Assembly (NCBI GenBank): GCA_965197585.1
Contig: OZ240215.1
Coordinates: 1,920,001 to 1,984,000, forward strand
DNA: 64,000 nucleotides
From: Dehalococcoidia bacterium
GTDB lineage: Bacteria > Chloroflexota > Dehalococcoidia > Plut-88900
Reading direction: 5' to 3'
Below the pieces are notes generated by a model that saw only the letters and a program-made list of their open reading frames with translations, ran no database searches and was not told the DNA's origin. Shown here in pieces: positions 56,904 to 64,000 of this stretch. The translations under genes were made by a program, and so were the position numbers. How positions within the stretch are numbered: the stretch's first letter is position 1; each line of letters starts with the position of its first letter.

Positions 56904-58427
56904 TTACCCCAGCCCCCGAGGCCGGTACTGTACTGCCTCAGCGACATGTGCAATCTCTATGCCCTCTGATCCAGACAGGTCCGCTATTGTCCTCGACAGC
57001 TTCAATATCCGGTGAAATCCCCGCGCCGATAGCTGAAGCTGCTGCGTCGCCTGTTGAAGCAAGCCGCGAGCCCCATCTTCCAAAGTGCAGACGTCCTTCA
57101 CCTGCGCGGCTCCCATGTCCGCGTTGCAGGCCAGGCCACTCCCTTCGAACCGGGCAATCTGGCGGCCTCGAGCCTCTTCCACCCTACGTCTCGCCTGTTG
57201 TGACGCCTCCGCGTCATCCGTATTCATCAACTTTTCGTAGTCGACTCTCGGCACTTCCACAAACATGTCGATACGGTCCAAAAGCGGTCCACTGATCCGT
57301 TTCTGATATCGGGACACGAGCCCCGGCGCGCAGGTGCACTCCCTGATCGTGTCTCCGTAGAATCCGCAGGGACATGGATTCATGGCAGCGACCATCATAA
57401 AATTTGCCGGAAAAGTGACCGTTCCCTGGGCACGGCTGATGGTTACCACCTTGTCTTCAATAGGCTGGCGAAGCACTTCCAACGTATTCCGTCCGAATTC
57501 GGGCAGCTCGTCAAGGAACAGCACTCCCCGATGGCTCAGGCTTATCTCCCCAGGCCCGGGTCTCCGACCTCCTCCCACCAGACCCGCATGAGAGATGGTG
57601 TAGTGAGGCGATCGGAAGGGCCTCTGTCTCATGAGTGCCGTGTCCGATTGAAGCATCCCGCTCACGCTGTATATCTTCGTCACTTCCAGCGCCTCGTCGG
57701 AAGACATCTTGGGCAAGAGGGAGGGTAGTGACCGGGCTAACATTGTCTTGCCGCTTCCCGGCGGGCCTGTCATCAGGATGTTGTGGCCTCCTGCCGCTGC
57801 AATCTCCAAAGCCCGCTTGGCATGCTCCTGCCCCTTGATGTGGGCAAAGTCCGATTCGAAGAATTGCGGCTCCTCGTCGCCGGAATCGGCCTCATCTTCA
57901 TGATGGGCAGCCATGGGTACGTCACCTCTAAGGTGGTTTACGAGGGCTGGCAGCGTTGTCACGGGGAAAATGTCTATGCCGTCCACAACAGCCGCTTCCG
58001 CCTTGTCGTGGTCGGGCACGTAAACTCCGCGGAAACCCTTGTCCTTGGCGATGCCCACCATTGGCAGGACTCCGTGGGTGTGCCTGACCGACCCCTCCAG
58101 CGAGAGTTCACCAAGGAAGATAACGTCGGAGGCATCAGTCTCTACCTGCCCGGAGCTCATCAGAATCCCGACGGCAATGGGCAGGTCGTAGGCAGGGCCT
58201 TCTTTTCGCAGATCGGCAGGGGCCAGGTTGACGGTAATCCGCTTCATCGGGAACTGGTACCCCGAGTTTCGGATCGCCGCCCTTACTCTCTCACGAGACT
58301 CCTGTACTGCCGTGTCCGGCAGCCCGACTATCGTGAATGTCGGCAGCCCCGGAGAGATGTCTATCTCTACTTCAATTATGGCCCCTTCCAGGCCAACAAC
58401 CGCGCAGCTTCTAACCCTTGCCAGCAT
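56904..58427 (-). CDS. comM: YifB/ComM Mg-chelatase-like AAA+ ATPase
   Basis: VGLPD.AV.ES.ERV, NLAPAD, GPPGSGKT, PFRSPH, FLDELPEF, NPCPCG. Confidence 0.93.
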   Translation of the reverse strand: MLARVRSCAVVGLEGAIIEVEIDISPGLPTFTIVGLPDTAVQESRERVRAAIRNSGYQFPMKRITVNLAPADLRKEGPAYDLPIAVGILMSSGQVETDASDVIFLGELSLEGSVRHTHGVLPMVGIAKDKGFRGVYVPDHDKAEAAVVDGIDIFPVTTLPALVNHLRGDVPMAAHHEDEADSGDEEPQFFESDFAHIKGQEHAKRALEIAAAGGHNILMTGPPGSGKTMLARSLPSLLPKMSSDEALEVTKIYSVSGMLQSDTALMRQRPFRSPHYTISHAGLVGGGRRPGPGEISLSHRGVLFLDELPEFGRNTLEVLRQPIEDKVVTISRAQGTVTFPANFMMVAAMNPCPCGFYGDTIRECTCAPGLVSRYQKRISGPLLDRIDMFVEVPRVDYEKLMNTDDAEASQQARRRVEEARGRQIARFEGSGLACNADMGAAQVKDVCTLEDGARGLLQQATQQLQLSARGFHRILKLSRTIADLSGSEGIEIAHVAEAVQYRPRGLG

Positions 58428-58443
58428 TAGTGCAGGGGACTCT

Positions 58444-59349
58444 TTAATCCGAGTCCGTGCTCTGCGCCCTCACTTGGACCCCCGCCCTCTCCTCTATGAT
58501 CAGGTCTGTTGAAGTGAAATTCCTGTTGCCCCAGCCCCGATCCATAGCCTCCAGCTGGATCTGTTCCGCTATGCTGGACAAAGGCATCGGGGCCCGCACC
58601 TCGCGTGCCAGCTGTATCGCCAAAGAAGTATCCTTCTGCGACAGCTTAAGTGCAAAGCTCGCAGGATCGAACTTGCCCGCCAGCAGATCGCCCTCCAAAC
58701 CACCGACAGGAGATCGGGCATACATACCCCCGCCTACTGCCTTCAGAAGGGTCTCGGCGTCCACGCCGGCCTTGACGCCCATGGTCATCCCTTCCAGCAC
58801 TACCATCCGGGTCGCCGCACCCATGACGTTGTGGACCAGTTTACATACCGAGCCGTTCCCTATACCGCCCGTGTACAGGATGTTGGCGCCCAGGTGGTCA
58901 AGCAGGGGCTTCACTCTATCGAAGATCTCCTTGTCTCCGCCGATCATTATTATCATCGTCCGGTTTGTTGCCCCGACCTCGCCACCGCTAACCGGGGCAT
59001 CCAAGACGTGAGCGCCCTTCTCCCTGAACGCCGGGTACATCCTCCGGGCGAGGGACGGGGAGATGCTGGACAAGTCCACGTATACGGAGTCCTTGGAGAT
59101 CCCATCCAGGATGCTGTCGGGGCCGAAAGCCACAGCTTCTACCTCTACGGGGCCGGGAAGGGAACTCAGGATAATTTCGCTGCCCTCCGCAGCCTCCCGA
59201 GGCGTGGCTGCCCAGTCGGCCCCCATCTCCTCCAGTGGCCGTACCGCCTCCCGATTGACGTCGTTGACCTTAAGCTTGTAGCCGTCTTCCAAAAGATTGC
59301 GCGCCATCGGCCCACCCATAGTCCCTACACCAATAAAGCCCAAGTTCAT
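58444..59349 (-). CDS. Beta-hydroxyacid dehydrogenase (3-hydroxyisobutyrate DH / tartronate semialdehyde reductase family)
   Basis: GFIGVGTMG, DAPVSGG, K.VHN, F.L.L..KD. Confidence 0.92.
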   Translation of the reverse strand: MNLGFIGVGTMGGPMARNLLEDGYKLKVNDVNREAVRPLEEMGADWAATPREAAEGSEIILSSLPGPVEVEAVAFGPDSILDGISKDSVYVDLSSISPSLARRMYPAFREKGAHVLDAPVSGGEVGATNRTMIIMIGGDKEIFDRVKPLLDHLGANILYTGGIGNGSVCKLVHNVMGAATRMVVLEGMTMGVKAGVDAETLLKAVGGGMYARSPVGGLEGDLLAGKFDPASFALKLSQKDTSLAIQLAREVRAPMPLSSIAEQIQLEAMDRGWGNRNFTSTDLIIEERAGVQVRAQSTDSD

Positions 59350-59401
59350 ATCAAGCACTCCTACTAGGAATAATCGGCCGTCCACCCGACTCTACGAGCC
59401 G

Positions 59402-59455
59402 CCATTATAGCAATGACACATCCGCTTGACACCTTGTGAACCACGGTCTAGCCTC
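59402..59455. promoter_or_regulatory. Divergent promoter region
   Basis: Plus strand TTGACA-17-TAGCCT; minus strand TGcTATAAT. Confidence 0.5.
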
Positions 59456-59503
59456 CCCATTAGTCGGGCCAATGGTTATTGCAGATGGAGATTGGGGGCA
59501 GTC

Positions 59504-60622
59504 ATGACCAGAAGTGGATTCAAAGTAATGGACTCCGACATGCACGTGATCGAGCCCATAGACCTGTGGCAGACATACATGGATCCCGCCTTTCGGGACC
59601 GGGCGCCGAAGGGCGTCACCCGATTCCAGGGCGACATGATGATGGAGGTGAGCGGGAAGAACGTACCATACTGGATGCCCAGCAAGCGCTACTTTGATTG
59701 GCAAAAGCAGACGGCAGAAGACCAGGACGCCGCCTACAAATACTCTTACGAGCGGAATTGGAACTCGGCTACCCAGGTACGGGCCATGGACATAGAGGGA
59801 TTGGACGTCGCTTTTCTCTACCCCAGCCGCGGACTCTACACCCTAGCCGTAGACGGCATGGACCCCGATCTCGGGGCGGCTATTGCCACAGCCTACAACC
59901 GATGGATGCACGAATTCTGCTCCATTGCACCCGACCGCATGTACGGCGCTTCTATGGTGTCCGCATTTGATGCGGAAACAGCCGTCGCCGAGGCCCGTGC
60001 CAGCGTCAGGGACCAGGGCCTCAAGGCGATTTTCATGAGGCCCAACATCGTGAATGGACGCAACTGGCATGATTCCTACTACGACCCTCTTTGGGCCGAG
60101 ATAGAGTCTCTGGGCGTTCCATTAGGTTTTCACGAAGGGGCTAGTGCGCGCTTGCCGCAAATTGGCGACAGGTTCGAGACCTATATGATGCATCACACCG
60201 TCTGCCACCCCATGAACATGATGCTGGCTGTTGTCAGTTTCATAGGAGGTGGTGTGCTGGAGCGGTTCCCGAAGCTGAACGTCGGTTTCCTCGAGGCGAA
60301 TTGCGGTTGGGCGCCCTGGCTTGTCTGGAGGCTCGATGAACACTACGAGCTCGTCGGCCGCTTCGAGTCTCCGGAACTCAAGCGCGAGCCCAAAGACTAT
60401 TTCTTGAGCCAGTGTTTCGTATCGGTGGAGGCCGACGAAACCCCGGCTACCTTCGTGGAGACTTCGGGCCTTAGCAGCACGGTCGTGTTCTCCACCGATT
60501 ACCCCCATAACGACTCAAAGTTCCCGAAGGCGACCGATATGTTCCTGGAAATGCCCCTGTCCGAGGAATTCAAGCGCATGATCCTGTGGGACAACTGCGC
60601 CCGAATGTACAACTTCAACTGA
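59504..60622 (+). CDS. Amidohydrolase_2 family protein
   Basis: MDSDMHVIEP, MD.EG.D, YN.W, GFHE, FLEAN.GW, STDYPH. Confidence 0.92.
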   Translation: MTRSGFKVMDSDMHVIEPIDLWQTYMDPAFRDRAPKGVTRFQGDMMMEVSGKNVPYWMPSKRYFDWQKQTAEDQDAAYKYSYERNWNSATQVRAMDIEGLDVAFLYPSRGLYTLAVDGMDPDLGAAIATAYNRWMHEFCSIAPDRMYGASMVSAFDAETAVAEARASVRDQGLKAIFMRPNIVNGRNWHDSYYDPLWAEIESLGVPLGFHEGASARLPQIGDRFETYMMHHTVCHPMNMMLAVVSFIGGGVLERFPKLNVGFLEANCGWAPWLVWRLDEHYELVGRFESPELKREPKDYFLSQCFVSVEADETPATFVETSGLSSTVVFSTDYPHNDSKFPKATDMFLEMPLSEEFKRMILWDNCARMYNFN

Positions 60623-60737
60623 GCACGCCAAGCAACTCCGATTCGTAGTATGCTATGCGGCAACGTCGGCTCAACTCCGAGTTAGAGCAGGCAATACGGA
60701 GACCACATTACCGAGACGAGAGGAGGTCGGACAGCAA

Positions 60738-61985
60738 ATGAAAGACGGAATGAGGTTCGTGGATTGTGACATGCACATTATGGAGCCCCAGGACCTGTTC
60801 GACCGGTACCTGGACACCAAGTTCAAGGACCGAGTCTCTTCCATGGTCGGCGCGGACGGCGCCTCCCGGGCCAACTGGTACATCGACGGCATACACCCGT
60901 CCGAGGACACCGAGCTTTCCCAGTACCGCAAACCCATACGCCCCAACACCGCTGACACCTCCATCCTCGGCCCCTCTCTCGGCAACCTCACCAGCTCTCG
61001 CCTCATCGCGACGGGCCGCATGGATTTCGCCCTGGACCGCAAGTACAACGAGGAAGCCCAGGTCATGGCGATGGAGATGGAGGGGATCGATATCGCCGTC
61101 CTCTTCCCCACCTCGGGCCTCAACCTGCTGGCTCGAGACAACATGGACCCCCTACTCTCCTACGCCCTCTGCCGGGCCTATAACGACTGGCTTCACGAGT
61201 TCTGCCAGGCCAGCCCCGACCAACTGAAGTTCGCCGCCATGCTCCCGGTCCACGACGTAAACCTGGCTTGCCGTGAGCTGCTCAGGGCCGTCAACGAGCT
61301 CGGGGCGGTGGGATCATTCATACGGCCTAACCTGATCAACGGCCACTACTGGCACTCCAACTACTGGGACCCTCTCTACTCCCTCCATGAAGATCTGGAT
61401 GTCACCTGGGGATTCCACGAAGGCACCGGGCCCTGGTATTCCAACATGAACCGCCTCTACGGCGAGAACCGTTTCTACCGTCACGTGGCCAGCCACTGGA
61501 TTGAGATGCAGCAAGCCATGATCGCCCAACTCATCGGTGGTGTCTTCGAGTTCCACCCCAAGCTCCGGGTCGGTTATCTGGAAGCTCAGAACTCCTGGGT
61601 TCCCGGCATTTTGACCAGAATTGAATGGGACTACCCCAACTACAAAGAGACCCATGCCCCCTACCTGACCATGACTCCCAAGGAGTACTTTCTACGCAAC
61701 TGCTGGGCAGCAGTGGAGGGCTCGGAACCCGAGATTGAGCCAACGGCCAGCCTCATCGGGTCGGAGCACATGTGCATGTCCACCGACTACCCGCACTTCG
61801 ACTCCAACTTCCCCAATGTCTCCAACAATCTGCTCAACACCGTGTCCCGGGAGACGGCCAGGAACATCTTGTACGGCGGCGCTCTCCTCTACAACTTCTC
61901 CGAGGCAGACTTCGCCAAGGCCGGCACTGCCATGTCCAAATTCCAGGCACAACACGAGAAGGAGAGGGCTCCCGCTGTCGGGTAA
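60738..61985 (+). CDS. Amidohydrolase_2 family protein
   Basis: VDCDMHIMEP, YNDWL, GFHE, STDYPH; RBS aggagg. Confidence 0.92.
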   Translation: MKDGMRFVDCDMHIMEPQDLFDRYLDTKFKDRVSSMVGADGASRANWYIDGIHPSEDTELSQYRKPIRPNTADTSILGPSLGNLTSSRLIATGRMDFALDRKYNEEAQVMAMEMEGIDIAVLFPTSGLNLLARDNMDPLLSYALCRAYNDWLHEFCQASPDQLKFAAMLPVHDVNLACRELLRAVNELGAVGSFIRPNLINGHYWHSNYWDPLYSLHEDLDVTWGFHEGTGPWYSNMNRLYGENRFYRHVASHWIEMQQAMIAQLIGGVFEFHPKLRVGYLEAQNSWVPGILTRIEWDYPNYKETHAPYLTMTPKEYFLRNCWAAVEGSEPEIEPTASLIGSEHMCMSTDYPHFDSNFPNVSNNLLNTVSRETARNILYGGALLYNFSEADFAKAGTAMSKFQAQHEKERAPAVG

Positions 61986-62011
61986 CCTCCCCCTTTCCTC
62001 CGGAAGTAAAG

Positions 62012-62045
62012 AAAGACCCGCCTCGCCGAGCGAGGCGGGTCTTTT
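62012..62045. terminator. Rho-independent terminator (probably bidirectional)
   Basis: aaagacccgcctcgc-cga-gcgaggcgggtctttt. Confidence 0.85.
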
Positions 62046-62072
62046 GCAACTCTTTCTATAAGAGATCGCTTG

Positions 62073-62438
62073 CTACAAGTAGGTTGTGTGCTTATCGGTA
62101 AACGCCTCGGTCACGGGGAAGAAGATCAGCAGCTTCGCGGGGCTCGTTCCTACCACCGTGAACCCGTGGTGCGCGTCCTTCGGGATGGCAATGGTCTGCA
62201 TCGGGAGAGCGCGGTGCGTTTCTCCGCTCAGTACGGCCTCAACCTCTCCCTCCAGTACGACTATCAGTTCATCAATATCATGGTGGTGGGGTGGGGCTCC
62301 CGCACCCGGGTCCACAATGTGATAATCGAAGGTCAGCTCGAACCCATCGTCGTATCCGGCCAGCCTTCTGCGCCGGTAGCCGGGTCTACGGGTCTCTTCG
62401 GCTGCACTCTCGTGGTCGATTATCGACATTCCAATCAC
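62073..62438 (-). CDS. Cupin-domain protein
   Basis: PGAGAPPHHH..DE...VLEG, IP....HG. Confidence 0.88.
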   Translation of the reverse strand: MIGMSIIDHESAAEETRRPGYRRRRLAGYDDGFELTFDYHIVDPGAGAPPHHHDIDELIVVLEGEVEAVLSGETHRALPMQTIAIPKDAHHGFTVVGTSPAKLLIFFPVTEAFTDKHTTYL

Positions 62439-62451
62439 CTTTCGTCGAGAA

Positions 62452-62958
62452 TTAGCCGCCGTAGAAGACTTTGTCTCCCAGGTCCTTCATCCAAAGCGTG
62501 GCGTCGTCGACCCGACCTTCTCCCAGGTCTCCCGGCGTACCGGCTTCGATCACTTCTCCGATGAAAATGGAGTGGTCGCCCTTCTCTATAGTGTCGGTCA
62601 GCTTGCATTCGACCCACGCGGGCGCGCTGTCGAGAATCGGTGCTCCCGAGCTTCCAGCCTGGAAGGACTCGCCGCCTATGGAGTTGCCGTCCCTTTCGTG
62701 GGACTTGAAGAAGTTGAAAGCCAGGCCCTGCTGGCCCTTCCCCAGTACGTTCAGGACGAAACTGCCGCTGTCTTTAACTATGGCGTGGGCGCCGGAGTCG
62801 GCCTTCACCCCAACTGCCACCAGTGGCGGCGCGAATGAGGCCTGAGTCACCCAGTTCACCGTAGCCGCGGCCACCGACCCATCCTTGCCCTCAGCCGTCA
62901 TTACATAGATCCCGTACGGGATCATTCTGAGCGCCTTTTTCTTTGCATCCTGGTCCAT
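62452..62958 (-). CDS. Flavin reductase-family protein
   Basis: IPYGIYV, VTQASF.PP, GAPIL, GDHS.FIGEV. Confidence 0.92.
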   Translation of the reverse strand: MDQDAKKKALRMIPYGIYVMTAEGKDGSVAAATVNWVTQASFAPPLVAVGVKADSGAHAIVKDSGSFVLNVLGKGQQGLAFNFFKSHERDGNSIGGESFQAGSSGAPILDSAPAWVECKLTDTIEKGDHSIFIGEVIEAGTPGDLGEGRVDDATLWMKDLGDKVFYGG

Positions 62959-63067
62959 TGATTTCCTCCCAGTTGGTTACTTCAGTCGGTACCCGGCTGA
63001 GCCATTATATCAGTACGTTTGACACCCGTTTTCAGCGATGGGATACTCGCTCGAAGGGGGCACAACT

Positions 63068-64000
63068 ATGAAATACACCACTATTTCGGCGGACACGCAT
63101 ATCGACATCCCGTGGCTTCCGGCGGATTTGTTCACGTCCAACGCCCCAGATGAGTACACGTCCCACATGCCCCAGGTCGAGGAGACCGACCAAGGCTTGA
63201 TGTGGATGGTGGACGGGCAAGTGTTGGGGTCCGTTGCGGGGGCCGGCCTCAAAGACGCATGGGAGCCCTACGTTCCAGGACTGTCAAAGCACCTCGACGA
63301 AATGGCTGGCACGGAGTTCTTCACCGATGGGGAAAAGGGGCAATTCCACCCCACCACGCCCCACCTCCGCCTTCAAGACCAGGACTTGGACGGCGTACAG
63401 GCAGAGGTAATTTACGGCATCCTGGGCTTGGGCGGCGGGTTACCGGTCGGGGGCAATGATTACGGCATCACCGACGCCGACCGCACGGTTTTGATGTATG
63501 ACATCTACAACGAGTGGCTGGCCGGTTTTTGCAGCAGCAATCCCGACAGATTCGCCGGACTCGCCTGCCTCACCAGCCACGACCCGAAGGTAGCCGCAGA
63601 TCAACTGCGGAAAGCCGCCGAGATGGGACTTCGGGGCGCCGAACTGAACGTCAGTCAAGCCGTCAAACCCATCTACCACGAGGCTTGGGACCCCCTATGG
63701 GCCGTCTCAGAAGAGTGTCAAATGCCCGTTTCCTTCCACACTCTCGGCATACCCTACCGCAAGCCCGACCCCGAAGACCGGAAGAGGCTGGAGTGGGTAG
63801 ACTTTGGACTCACCTTGGTGATGTTTCAACTTTCCGGGGCAGAGTTCCTGGCAAGTATGACCTTCGGAGGCGCATGTGACCGGTACCCGGGGCTCAAGTA
63901 TGTTCTCGGAGAGTGCGGCATCGGGTGGATCCCCTACGTCCTCTACCGTATGGACGAGGAATACAAAGAGACTCTGTTCCACCTGAACCTGAGCATGGAG
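63068..64000 (+). CDS. Amidohydrolase_2 family protein, 3'-truncated by the window; close paralog of 28550-29713
   Basis: MKYTTISADTHIDIPWLP, HPTTP.LRL.DQD.DG, LACLTSHDP, FQLSGAE; absent from the ORF track because no stop lies in the window. Confidence 0.9.
   Translation, partial: MKYTTISADTHIDIPWLPADLFTSNAPDEYTSHMPQVEETDQGLMWMVDGQVLGSVAGAGLKDAWEPYVPGLSKHLDEMAGTEFFTDGEKGQFHPTTPHLRLQDQDLDGVQAEVIYGILGLGGGLPVGGNDYGITDADRTVLMYDIYNEWLAGFCSSNPDRFAGLACLTSHDPKVAADQLRKAAEMGLRGAELNVSQAVKPIYHEAWDPLWAVSEECQMPVSFHTLGIPYRKPDPEDRKRLEWVDFGLTLVMFQLSGAEFLASMTFGGACDRYPGLKYVLGECGIGWIPYVLYRMDEEYKETLFHLNLSME

Noticed and set aside
59401-63050. Similar gccattata...ttgaca layout in two divergent intergenic regions
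   Set aside because: Explained by back-to-back sigma70 promoter consensus elements rather than a novel motif

Overview
GC-rich bacterial chromosomal segment. Gene content and paralog expansions (5 luciferase-like LLM flavin/F420 oxidoreductases, 6 amidohydrolase_2 proteins, 4 phosphotriesterase/PTER-like hydrolases, 5 MFS transporters, a Pro/Thr-linker lipoprotein) suggest a Dehalococcoidia/SAR202-type Chloroflexota heterotroph; this is inference, as no diagnostic marker gene is present. Housekeeping anchors are tRNA-Leu(TAG), a stand-alone 5S rRNA, acnA, bcp and a comM/yifB-like gene. Most notable observations: (1) an alpha/beta-like pair of ferritin-fold proteins, one with all diiron ligands and one lacking all four glutamates, divergent from an FAD-less Mo-hydroxylase; (2) three translationally coupled hydrolases closely resembling animal PTER (N-acetyltaurine hydrolase), co-oriented with a TauE-type exporter, a deacetylase and a flavin monooxygenase; (3) a 550-bp att-flanked mini-element at tRNA-Leu encoding a classical C2H2 zinc-finger microprotein; (4) a triplicated LLM gene whose spacers retain decayed 5' ends of the downstream transglutaminase gene; (5) several REP-like palindrome families carrying 18-43 nt nested micro-insertions; (6) a DddP-like M24 enzyme and several gene remnants (DctM, Ddn, HigB). 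All calls come from motif recognition by eye; no searches were run.
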